NCBI GenBank assembly: GCA_964622035.1
Contig: CAZUPF010000001.1
Span: 1-49,622 of the forward strand
Origin: an uncultured Candidatus Saccharibacteria bacterium
Lineage (GTDB): Bacteria; Patescibacteriota; WWE3; JAUXAW01; JAYEID01
DNA: 49,622 nucleotides
Direction of reading: 5' to 3'
In this document: positions 17,031 through 25,360 of the stretch, piece by piece
How positions within the stretch are numbered: position 1 is the stretch's first letter
Layout: each line of letters begins with the position of its first letter
Program-made: the position numbers and the translations under genes
Notes under the pieces: model-generated
Databases searched by the model: none
What the model saw: the letters and a program-made list of their open reading frames with translations, nothing else
What the model was told of the DNA's origin: nothing

Positions 17031-17070
17031 GGAAAAAAGAAAAGGGCCAAAACCATATCGGTTTTGACCC
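17031..17070 (-). terminator. intrinsic terminator of the ABC exporter gene (copy B of the 40-nt element)
   Basis: Minus RNA GGGTCAAAACC-GATAT-GGTTTTGGCCC (one G-U pair) is followed by TTTTCTTTTTTCC. It lies 24 nt after the stop at 17094. Confidence 0.75.
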
Positions 17071-17093
17071 TATTGTGATGTGCCGAAATGACC

Positions 17094-18830
17094 CTAGCTT
17101 TCCGTCTGCAGCCGAACCATTTCAGCATAGAGCGGACAGCTGTAGATCAACTCCTCGTGGGTTCCCTCGGCCACCTTCTCCCCGCCAGCGAGGACAACAA
17201 TCTTATCGGCACGACGTATCGTGGAAAGGTTGTGGGCGATGATAACCGCCGTCTTGCCTGCTAGAATTGCCTCCATCTGGGTTTGAATTTCCCGTTCGGT
17301 GATGGCATCTACGGCATTGGTGGCTTCGTCCAGAATCAGAATCGGGCTATCGGCCAGAATCGCTCGGGCCAGAGCCACCCGCTGCTTTTGTCCGCCGGAG
17401 AGACGAATCCCCCGCTCACCTACTCTCGTCTGGTACTTTTCGGGCAAGGATTCGATAAACTGCCAGATCCCCGCCAACTCCGCCGCCCGAGCGATTTCCT
17501 CCAAACTCGCTTCTGGTCGGGCAAAGGCGATGTTTTCGCAAATTGTGGCATCAAAAATGAAAACATCGTCCCCCTGCGGCACATAGGCAAAGAGTTGGAG
17601 TAGCGCGGGCAGGGACCATTCGGTGATATCGATCCCCCCAACCAGGATCCGACCACGCTGGATTTGCCAGAGACCGGTGATGAGTTTACGGACAGTAGTC
17701 TTTCCCGCACCGGACGGGCCGACGAGGGCAACTATTTGCCCGGGCGCGATATCCAGGCTGAGACCGCGAAGCGCCCCGTTACTCCCATCGTACTTCCCAC
17801 TGTAGGAGAAGCACACCCCTTCCATAGTAATTCCGACCGGCGGAACGGTTTGGTGTTCTGACAACTGACTACCCACCTGCGGTTGCTGCTCCAGAAGATC
17901 AACGAGTCGAGCAGCGCTTTCACTAGCTTCGGCGGCGCGCGTGAACAGGCGCGCGAATCGCCAGAAAGAGTGGAACAGCTTCTCGGTCAGGATACTGACG
18001 TAAACCAAGCCAGCGATATCTAGCGTACCCTGATAAAGTTGCCAAATCCAGATGGCGAGGATGGATCTTCGAGCCACCGAAAGGAGGCGCAGGCGCCAGC
18101 GGTTGCTGAAGTAGATACCGATTCTCGCTTCAGTAGTGCCATCGGCCACGATATCATCATGCAAATCATGGTACATGTGCAAGAATCTCGCCTCTTGGCT
18201 AAACATCCGCGCCGTCTCCACCGATTGGACCATCTCGGTACTCTTAGCCCACTCTTCTTCATAGCGATCGTGGCGACGCTTCTTCAGTGGTTGTCGTCGT
18301 CGGTAATCAACGATCGATACCCACATAAAGACGGCTAGCGCCGCGGCGGCCACCCCAACCACCCAAGGACTGAAGATCAGAAGTGGGATGATCGTCAGAA
18401 TAGCCTGGATTAGCGTCGGGACGAACTCCCAACTTAGCGCCTCCAAAATCTCCACCACTTTGCTAACCCCACGATTAACCTTGCCAACCAACGCCCCCGA
18501 GTTGTGCTTCTGGTGCCAAGCCATCTCCATCTCCAGAAACTTACGGATCGCTTTGGTCTTCAAAAAGCGATAGATGGGATACTCGTGGCGGACGATGATA
18601 TGCCAATCTACAGCATTATCCAGCCGCATAAACAGCTCGTCATAGAGCAGTAAGCCGCCCAGAAGACCGGCCCAAACAAGCATCTCCGTCCGCTCACCAA
18701 AGAGGCGAATGGCTCCACTGATTACATAGCCCTCAACAATCTGCAGAGCCTCGTAAACCACAATCAACCCTAAATACCCTCCAAAAACCCGGTGAAAAGG
18801 CTTAAGGAGTTGCCAAAGTTTCTTAATCAT
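17094..18830 (-). CDS. ABC exporter, fused permease/ATPase (MsbA-like)
   Basis: N-terminal 6-helix domain, Walker A GPSGAGKTT, signature LSGGQKQR, Walker B ILILDEAT, H-loop IIAHN. GGGAGGGGAG precedes the ATG. Confidence 0.92.
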   Translation of the reverse strand: MIKKLWQLLKPFHRVFGGYLGLIVVYEALQIVEGYVISGAIRLFGERTEMLVWAGLLGGLLLYDELFMRLDNAVDWHIIVRHEYPIYRFLKTKAIRKFLEMEMAWHQKHNSGALVGKVNRGVSKVVEILEALSWEFVPTLIQAILTIIPLLIFSPWVVGVAAAALAVFMWVSIVDYRRRQPLKKRRHDRYEEEWAKSTEMVQSVETARMFSQEARFLHMYHDLHDDIVADGTTEARIGIYFSNRWRLRLLSVARRSILAIWIWQLYQGTLDIAGLVYVSILTEKLFHSFWRFARLFTRAAEASESAARLVDLLEQQPQVGSQLSEHQTVPPVGITMEGVCFSYSGKYDGSNGALRGLSLDIAPGQIVALVGPSGAGKTTVRKLITGLWQIQRGRILVGGIDITEWSLPALLQLFAYVPQGDDVFIFDATICENIAFARPEASLEEIARAAELAGIWQFIESLPEKYQTRVGERGIRLSGGQKQRVALARAILADSPILILDEATNAVDAITEREIQTQMEAILAGKTAVIIAHNLSTIRRADKIVVLAGGEKVAEGTHEELIYSCPLYAEMVRLQTES

Positions 18831-18880
18831 CTCCCCTCCCTACATTAAGTTTTAATGGTGCTTTAGTTTTTGTCTCCCCT

Positions 18881-18915
18881 AACAAAAAAGACGCCGCGGT
18901 TTTCACCGCAGCGTC
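18881..18915 (-). terminator. intrinsic terminator 50 nt upstream of the ABC exporter start
   Basis: Minus RNA GACGCTGCGG-TGAAAA-CCGCGGCGTC (10 bp, one G-U valid only on minus) is followed by TTTTTTGTT. Confidence 0.75.
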
Positions 18916-19189
18916 TAGCCGCAAGGAGCCGGGGTTCTTGTTATCTAAACCGCCACCTCTTACGTCCAAACGCCACGGCCAAAAGGTTCTCATCCATAGA
19001 GATACCGGCCGCGAAACGCGGGTCAGTTTTTACTGCTGTAATCAAGCGCAAATAAAACATAATCAATAAGCTGTTTCTTCCTACTAACTCGGGCTTTTTC
19101 TCGTCACCCGAGAAAGTGAGGCCCCAGACTATCAGATGCGTGCTGGGCTGTCAAGCTACGGTTCCGCGGTCATCCGCACCGAATAATTA

Positions 19190-19495
19190 CTACCCACCGG
19201 GCTTGCCCGTGGACCAAATCAAAAACAATCTCTTTTTGAACCCGCCACACTTCTCTCTTTTTTGCTTCTGCTGCCTCTCTACCTCTCGAAAGCTTATTTT
19301 GTAATAAGCGGCAATATATTTCACCAGCTCCAAAACATCCGCCAGCTCGGCCGCTTCCTCAATCAGCTTTCTCTTTAACTCTTTTTCGAACTCAGCCTCG
19401 CCAAGAGTCCGCATATCATACCCATCCTTATTGGCCTCCATAATTTTGGGAATTTTGTCTCTGATGAGCTTACGGTGGTAGTATCTCTTGCGCAT
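19190..19495 (-). CDS. MazG-like all-alpha NTP pyrophosphohydrolase (tentative)
   Basis: KLIRDKIPKIM, ELADVLELV and KREKCGGFKKRLFL fit the family pattern as I recall it. TAGAAT lies 9 nt upstream of the ATG. Confidence 0.6.
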   Translation of the reverse strand: MRKRYYHRKLIRDKIPKIMEANKDGYDMRTLGEAEFEKELKRKLIEEAAELADVLELVKYIAAYYKISFREVERQQKQKREKCGGFKKRLFLIWSTGKPGG

Positions 19496-19674
19496 TGCTT
19501 CCCTATTCTACCAAATAAAAAGATAGCAGAATATTTCAACTCTATGGGGCCAAACGATAGGCAGAATAAGGGGTATTCGAAATACTAGGGGGTTTGTGGT
19601 ATCATTTACGGCGCACGAAGAGAGACCAAACTAACTAAGCGCACCCATAAAACCTAGAGGAAGGAGAAGAGACC

Positions 19675-20475
19675 GTGGGAAGAGTGGTGGTAGTAGACCA
19701 CGTACACGTGGTCTGGAACGGAGTAAACCGGGAGCATGTCTCGGTTACCCTCGAGGAGGTCGTGGCCGCAGCACAGCTGGAGGACTTGCTGATTGGCCTA
19801 ACGCCCCACACCAGAGACCCATGCCACCCGGATACTGTAGTAAACCTGGAAGATCTTGCAGCGCAGATCGCCGCCCTCAACGCGGAGGATCTGGTCTCCC
19901 TGGGAGTGGAGACCAATATCCTCCCAGTCTGGATAAGAGGCAGCATCGCAGGATTCCGCACCGACCTGGAATACATTCCGCAAGCAGAATGGAAGTTCTT
20001 GGGCGGCTTGGTGGTGGCTAGCCTCCACTTCACCAGAGAACTGGGATATCCAAAACTGGAGAACTCAGACACGTGTGCACAGCAAGCCCCCGCCCGGATG
20101 CTCGGCGCCTATCTAGCAATTCTGGCAACGCGGCCGCCCCTAAAGATTGACGTCATCGGGCACCCATTCAAGCACGTATCCGCGCCGGCCACGTTAGCAC
20201 AGCTGCACACCCTCGCCCAAGCGGCGAAACGGAAACATGTGGCTCTGGAGGTTGCGATCAAGGGGGTTCTCCGCTCGCACGGCCCGATCCAGTGGCCATG
20301 GATTGTGGAAGCACAATGCCTGAGAATCCTGATCAACACCGGGGTGGATCTCTACCTGGGCACCGATATCCACACCCCCGATCAGCTAGAACATCTGGGT
20401 AACATCCAGTTCGTCGCCCAGGAGCTAATCAAAAGGGGCGTGCGGCCCGAACAAATCCTCAACTGGGAGGAATAG
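19675..20475 (+). CDS. PHP-like / metal-dependent phosphoesterase (tentative)
   Basis: GTG start with GGAAGGAG SD. DHVHV near the N-terminus, VIGHPF and LGTDIHTP are His/Asp metal-ligand-like motifs. GC-richer than its neighbours. Confidence 0.65.
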   Translation: MGRVVVVDHVHVVWNGVNREHVSVTLEEVVAAAQLEDLLIGLTPHTRDPCHPDTVVNLEDLAAQIAALNAEDLVSLGVETNILPVWIRGSIAGFRTDLEYIPQAEWKFLGGLVVASLHFTRELGYPKLENSDTCAQQAPARMLGAYLAILATRPPLKIDVIGHPFKHVSAPATLAQLHTLAQAAKRKHVALEVAIKGVLRSHGPIQWPWIVEAQCLRILINTGVDLYLGTDIHTPDQLEHLGNIQFVAQELIKRGVRPEQILNWEE

Positions 20476-20499
20476 GATAGGGGGCGAGGTCTTACCGTA

Positions 20500-20964
20500 C
20501 TAGAGGCGTTGGGTGGAGTCTATACTCCCCTGACGCCTTTTCTCTTTCACCAGGAGCACCACACTCCCCACTACACCGACCAGAAAGCCGATTGGACAGA
20601 CAAAAATAGCGATAATAAAAAACACCGCCTCGTCACCGGAACCGGCCGGACCCCAGAAATCAGGACCAAAAAAGTGGATAAGCAGACCATAAACAAGGTT
20701 GTGCAGCAAAATACTGGGGAGAAAAATGGCCACGGAAGCACCGGTCAAAAGCAAAAACTTTCTTAATGGCCCGGCAACAATGTGGCGCCGAGTCAGAACT
20801 ATTAACGCCACCCCCAAGAGAAGGAGGGAGGCCCCCGAAGCAATCATGAAAGGCAGCCCACCAACTTTTCTAAACCCCACAAAGACCATTATGCCCACGA
20901 GCACGGCAAAAAGCGCTGTCAGAGCGCAGAATACGGTAATTGTGGCTCGCCTTCCTCGCACCAT
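20500..20964 (-). CDS. membrane protein (4 hydrophobic helices)
   Basis: Hydrophobic 154-aa ORF. TAGAAT lies 9 nt upstream of the ATG. Confidence 0.65.
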   Translation of the reverse strand: MVRGRRATITVFCALTALFAVLVGIMVFVGFRKVGGLPFMIASGASLLLLGVALIVLTRRHIVAGPLRKFLLLTGASVAIFLPSILLHNLVYGLLIHFFGPDFWGPAGSGDEAVFFIIAIFVCPIGFLVGVVGSVVLLVKEKRRQGSIDSTQRL

Positions 20965-21323
20965 CTCGCCCCCATTCTACAGCACTCTATGGCAGAAACC
21001 AAACGGCCCCTTTCCCCTCCCCCACCGATTTGCTAAAGTCTAGCTAGATGAAGATTCCTCTTACCACAATCTTCAAACTAGTTTTCGTTTTAGTGTTGGG
21101 CTGGTGGGGGGTTTTTCAATATAAAAGGATCCCAACGGCGGTCGTTACGAGAATGCTCTGGCCCAGTACGCCGAACACGCCAAAGATTTACAGGGGATTG
21201 AAATAAAACCCTTGCTTTGGGGCGAGAGTTTGGAATTGGACTAATTTTGGGCCTTCGACTAGACTGGTCTTAGCTAACTATGCACCCCTTTACAACCTCC
21301 CCCTATACTGCTACAGTGAGCCA

Positions 21324-22001
21324 ATGGAAATCAACTCAATTCCGCAAACCAGTACCCCCGAACCAGTCCCGGGCGTTTCTAAGGTAAGGCAGCTTCGCCT
21401 TCTTCTCAGCAGACTTCCCAAAATTGACAAGAAAACACTAGTAACCGTTCTGGTCATCGCCGCGCTGGCCGCAACGGGCTACTATTTCCGTGGCCAAGTC
21501 TTTGTAGCCACCGTCAACAGTCGGCCAATCACTCGCTGGACGCTACTCAGACGACTCGAGCAGCAGGCGGGAGCACCAGCTCTGGACGGCCTAATTACCG
21601 AGGCCCTAGTGTATCAGGAAGCCGCCCGGCAGGGTGTTAAGGTCACCGATGAAGAGCTTGCGGAGGAGATTGCCCAACTGGAGATCAGCCTTGGCGCCCA
21701 AGGCCAAGAACTCGACCAGCTTCTCGAGGCTCAGGGAGTCACTCGGGACGAGATGCGCGAGCAGGTCCGGCTCCAAACCCTAGTCGAGAAAATGGTTGGA
21801 CAGGATGTGGGAGCCACCGAAGAAGATATCAGCGAGTATCTGACCACCAACAGCGAATTTCTACCCGAAGACACTGATCCGGACGAATTAAAAGAAACCG
21901 CACGAGTCCAGATCGAACAGCAGAAGCTAAGTATGGCAGTGCAAAACTGGCTTGGTGAGCTCCATGAAGGGGCCAAAATTAACTACTGGCTAGAGTTATA
22001 A
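21324..22001 (+). CDS. SurA N-terminal-domain chaperone-like protein, membrane anchored
   Basis: A TM anchor is followed by VATVNSRPITRWTLLRRLEQQAG...LITEALVYQEAARQGVKVTDEELAEEI, typical of SurA_N-type domains. No PPIase domain is present. Confidence 0.7.
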   Translation: MEINSIPQTSTPEPVPGVSKVRQLRLLLSRLPKIDKKTLVTVLVIAALAATGYYFRGQVFVATVNSRPITRWTLLRRLEQQAGAPALDGLITEALVYQEAARQGVKVTDEELAEEIAQLEISLGAQGQELDQLLEAQGVTRDEMREQVRLQTLVEKMVGQDVGATEEDISEYLTTNSEFLPEDTDPDELKETARVQIEQQKLSMAVQNWLGELHEGAKINYWLEL

Positions 22002-22202
22002 ACCAGATACCAACCCCGCTGCAAGCACCGCAATTCCCCAATCTCCGTTTGACCCACATTTAGAGCCAGAGGCTACCAGTAATCCCGAAAACAGTGCCGC
22101 ATACTGTATATAGCATTGACGAGGGGGGTGGTCTTACTATAGAGTAGCCTTACACCTACTTGGAAAGTTAAAAAGAGGATATAACAAGAAAGGAGCGAGG
22201 GA

Positions 22203-22874
22203 GTGAGAACCTTGAAAAGATGGATTATAGCGTGGTGTGCGGTACCTAGCTGGAGCGGGACCCTGATCGGTCTGCTGTGCTTTATCGGCACATTAGTCAT
22301 GTACCACACGCCCCAGCAAAGGTGTGACAAAGCGCTGTACTGCCTAGCGATAGGCACGATAGTGACTGCTCTCCTACGGCTAGTTCGCCGGCTGTTCATG
22401 AGCTATGCCGGAGGGAGAGAGGGCATCTTCATCCGGGTAGACTCCGAAGGGGTGGTTATCGACCATGGAGAGACCATCTGGGGCAAGGGGAAGAACGTGA
22501 GATGGTGTGGCTTCGGATTCTACAGTACAAGCAGCCCCAAGGTGCACATTTGCTTCAAGGAGCGGGCACTGACACTAACCATCCGGTTCACCCCCTTCAT
22601 AAGCAGGGAGGACCTGCGGTGGCTCTATGAGCACTTGCCGCCCCGCGGGGTTGGTGCTGATCTGGAAACGATGGTCTGGCTCGCCCTTCAGCCACACCTC
22701 ACCACCCTCCCCTCAGCAAGTGAGATGGGAACCCAGCAAGAACAGCTTGACCGGGTCCTGGAGATCATCGCACAGGATAGTTTCCGCAACAGCCTGCCCT
22801 CCAACCTGGGCGGCTTTAAGGTGCGCATCCAGCCCAAGGAGCTGTGCGCCACAGTAGCGATACCGCGCAGATAG
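22203..22874 (+). CDS. two-TM membrane protein of unknown function (paralog of 23624..24397)
   Basis: GTG start with AAAGGAGCGAGGGA, followed by terminator 22907..22937. Shares block order and short motifs with 23624..24397. Confidence 0.7.
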   Translation: MRTLKRWIIAWCAVPSWSGTLIGLLCFIGTLVMYHTPQQRCDKALYCLAIGTIVTALLRLVRRLFMSYAGGREGIFIRVDSEGVVIDHGETIWGKGKNVRWCGFGFYSTSSPKVHICFKERALTLTIRFTPFISREDLRWLYEHLPPRGVGADLETMVWLALQPHLTTLPSASEMGTQQEQLDRVLEIIAQDSFRNSLPSNLGGFKVRIQPKELCATVAIPRR

Positions 22875-22906
22875 CGCAAGCAGCAACAGATCGGGTAGCA
22901 ATCACG

Positions 22907-22937
22907 CCAGGTAGCCAATACGGTTACCTGGTTTTTT
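22907..22937 (+). terminator. intrinsic terminator
   Basis: CCAGGTA / TACCTGG 7-bp stem with an 11-nt loop, then TTTTTT. Confidence 0.75.
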
Positions 22938-22962
22938 CTTTCTCTAAAATGGGTTTACTCCC

Positions 22963-22990
22963 AAAAAAGCAACTCCCCCTTGCGGGGGAG
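22963..22990 (-). terminator. intrinsic terminator of the RRM gene
   Basis: Minus RNA CTCCCCC-GCAA-GGGGGAG is followed by TTGCTTTTTT. Confidence 0.75.
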
Positions 22991-23020
22991 CCACTTTTAG
23001 CAGATTAAAAATCAGCTAGT

Positions 23021-23317
23021 TCACCGATAACCACCACCACCACCAAAACCGCCCGCATCACTGCGAGGCTGCTTGGGTCGGGCTTCGTTAACCGTTAGGG
23101 CACGGCCATCCGTATCTTTACCATCAAACATCTCAATAGCCGCCTTGGCCTCATCGTCTGTGTTCATCTCGACGAAACCAAAACCCTTGGAACGACCCGA
23201 ATAGCGGTCGGTGATAACATCGGCGCTAACTACCTCACCAGCCTGGGCAAAAAGCTCACCAAGCTGTTCGCTAGTTACGCCGTAGTCCAAATTACCGACG
23301 TATAGTTTCTTATTCAC
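23021..23317 (-). CDS. RRM-type RNA-binding protein with Gly-rich tail
   Basis: RNP2 LYVGNL, RNP1 KGFGFVEM and tail GGFGGGGGYR. GTG start with AAGGAGGTGA. Confidence 0.92.
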   Translation of the reverse strand: MNKKLYVGNLDYGVTSEQLGELFAQAGEVVSADVITDRYSGRSKGFGFVEMNTDDEAKAAIEMFDGKDTDGRALTVNEARPKQPRSDAGGFGGGGGYR

Positions 23318-23418
23318 TTGTTATCACCTCCTTCACCATGTAGGAAATTTCTTTGAAAGCCTTCCGAAGAGTAGGGGGCTAAAAGAAAAACCTCACTAAC
23401 TAATCAATAACGGCTGAG

Positions 23419-23447
23419 ATTGTAACACAAAAGCGTAAACAATGCAA
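23419..23447 (-). promoter_or_regulatory. sigma70-type promoter of the RRM gene
   Basis: TTGCAT (23447-23442), 17 nt, TACAAT (23424-23419) on the minus strand, giving a 5' UTR of about 100 nt. Confidence 0.55.
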
Positions 23448-23529
23448 GCGAACACCCATCAGCCACCACCGTACACCACCCCCCCACCAATTGCAAGCCC
23501 TTAAGAGGCCAAGGCAGCAGGAGTACAAC

Positions 23530-23558
23530 TTGACCGCAGGCGGAATATACCATAATAT
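23530..23558 (+). promoter_or_regulatory. sigma70-type promoter of 23624..24397
   Basis: TTGACC (23530-23535), 17 nt, TAATAT (23553-23558). Confidence 0.55.
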
Positions 23559-23623
23559 AAGCTAAGAGATTCTATTCGTGGGAAGATTTTTCACCCTTAA
23601 CCTAAGAAAGGAGAGGTGAAAGC

Positions 23624-24397
23624 ATGTTCGAAAATAAAAAGGTGCGAGAGGCGGTCGCCCAGGCAGCGCGGAATGTCTGGGGTATAGCCACTATATTAGC
23701 TACGGTGGTGGTAATGCTCATGCTCCTCGCCACAGTCGCCTACTACGAGGCGCAAGGCGGACAACAAGTCGGTTTTCCACCGTGGTTGCTGCGTCTAGCC
23801 GCGGGAACTTGGGGGGCACTACTACTGCTTTCCGCTTTCATTCTGCAAAGAATCCGAGACGAGTATGTGTCCTACAACAATCTCGGAAAGCGCTTAGTGT
23901 ACATCGAGGTCCGCCGCACGGATGGTATGATTCTAACTAGTACAGGGGTAGCCCGCGGCGAATTTTACTGGCGCAAGGATACCAAAGCGGTCCTGTACGT
24001 AGTGGCTCTCCCCAACAACAACAGGATTGACACGGGCGAGCAAACGGGAATAGCCCACTTGGAAGTGGGAGGCCAGAGCGTGCTGGCAACGGTCCACTAC
24101 TCGCTAATCGCAGAACTCGACGGGGGATTCAGCCCCAGAGATCTTCTCGACATGGGCAGTCCGGGGGTGGATTCTTGGTTCAAAAGGGAGTTTCTCGCTG
24201 CCACCGCCGGAGTGGGAACTGAGCTGGCTGAGGCCGCAGGGGAAGACCCAAATCCTCACATGCTTGCGGAGATCATCCGAGGACGGGTGCAAGCGCACAG
24301 CTCCTTCCAGTTCGGAAATCTACCACAGAACCTGAAGTGGCTAACCGTTCGTACCCGATTAGATCTCCCAGGCAGCAGTGCCTGGCTCACGAAATAG
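23624..24397 (+). CDS. two-TM membrane protein of unknown function (paralog of 22203..22874)
   Basis: AAAGGAGAGGTGA SD. Two N-terminal helices are followed by a beta-rich then a helical region. Confidence 0.75.
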   Translation: MFENKKVREAVAQAARNVWGIATILATVVVMLMLLATVAYYEAQGGQQVGFPPWLLRLAAGTWGALLLLSAFILQRIRDEYVSYNNLGKRLVYIEVRRTDGMILTSTGVARGEFYWRKDTKAVLYVVALPNNNRIDTGEQTGIAHLEVGGQSVLATVHYSLIAELDGGFSPRDLLDMGSPGVDSWFKREFLAATAGVGTELAEAAGEDPNPHMLAEIIRGRVQAHSSFQFGNLPQNLKWLTVRTRLDLPGSSAWLTK

Positions 24398-24505
24398 CAG
24401 GGCGAAACCCGATCCCCAGGCCCACCCACTCTCCGAGTGTGCGGGCCCTACTTTTGCCCAGTGGAAAGCAAAAAGTGCTTCTGCTACAATAATGGCGGAG
24501 ACCGG

Positions 24506-24580
24506 GCCGGGATAGCTCAATGGTAGAGCAACGCTTTCGTAAAGCGTAGGTTAGCGGTTCAAGCCCGCTTCCCGGCTCCA
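24506..24580 (+). tRNA. tRNA-Thr: tRNA-Thr, anticodon CGU, CCA encoded
   Basis: Hand-folded cloverleaf: acceptor GCCGGGA/TCCCGGC, D stem GCTC/GAGC, anticodon stem ACGCT/AGCGT with loop TTCGTAA, T stem AGCGG/CCGCT with loop TTCAAGC, discriminator T, CCA. Confidence 0.93.
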
Positions 24581-24592
24581 ATCACTAAAACC

Positions 24593-25360
24593 ATGGCGCA
24601 AAAACGCAACCAGAAACAGCAGTCGTATCAGTACAAACCCCGGTCAGCGGGGGGTCCCGACTGGAAAGTTCTCCGGCGGCTCTTCACCGCCTTACTGGGT
24701 ATCGTAATTGTCCTTACCGTTTTTTACTTCCTCGCCGTTCCCCTGCTCTCCAATATCAACACCTTTTGGAGCTTTCTCCGCCCCGGGGCAAACACCGCCC
24801 CCTCAAGCAGTGATGCTATCCCCCCCTCCCCACCCTTCGTGAAAACTCTACCACCAGCAACTAGTGAAGAAGTTATCACTATAGAAGGCTTCTCCGAACC
24901 CGGCGCCAAAGTCAAATTGTCATTAAACGGCAGCTTCCAGGCCGAGACCCTAGTGGACAAAGAAGGAACCTTCGGCTTTACCGAAGTAGGCCTTCTAGAA
25001 GGCGAGAACGTAATTTATGTCCAAGCCGAGGATAAAGCCAGAAACGAAAGTAAGCCCTCAGAGGGGCAAACCGTCATCTACGATAAGGAGCCGCCTGACC
25101 TGGAAATAGAGTCCCCCACCACCGGCACAAAAATTGAGCAAGAAGAGGGGCGTAATGTCGCGGTGCGGGGAAAAACTGAGCCAGGTTGCCAGGTAACCGT
25201 TAATGAACACTGGGTAATGGTTGATCGTGATGGGGCGTTTAGTCACGCCTACCGCCTGGAGGAGGGTGAGAACAAATTGGAGATTCTCACTAAAGACAAG
25301 GCCGGTAACGAAACAAAATTAGAGCTACTGGTCACCTACGAACCCCAAGAAGAGAATTAA
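24593..25360 (+). CDS. membrane-anchored protein with two Ig-like repeats
   Basis: An N-terminal TM anchor is followed by two ~90-aa beta repeats (ITIEGFSEPGAKVKLSLNG... and VAVRGKTEPGCQVTVNEH...). Confidence 0.75.
   Translation: MAQKRNQKQQSYQYKPRSAGGPDWKVLRRLFTALLGIVIVLTVFYFLAVPLLSNINTFWSFLRPGANTAPSSSDAIPPSPPFVKTLPPATSEEVITIEGFSEPGAKVKLSLNGSFQAETLVDKEGTFGFTEVGLLEGENVIYVQAEDKARNESKPSEGQTVIYDKEPPDLEIESPTTGTKIEQEEGRNVAVRGKTEPGCQVTVNEHWVMVDRDGAFSHAYRLEEGENKLEILTKDKAGNETKLELLVTYEPQEEN

Noticed and set aside
18881-19030. c-di-GMP-I (GEMM) riboswitch upstream of the ABC exporter, suggested by the GGDEF gene
   Set aside because: GGACGUAAGAGGUGGCGG only loosely resembles the GGGACGCAAAGCC element. 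No paired GNRA tetraloop/receptor hairpins are evident.
24387-24581. 64-aa minus-strand ORF
   Set aside because: It is entirely antisense to the well-folded tRNA-Thr(CGU) and its promoter. It has no RBS and is a shadow ORF.
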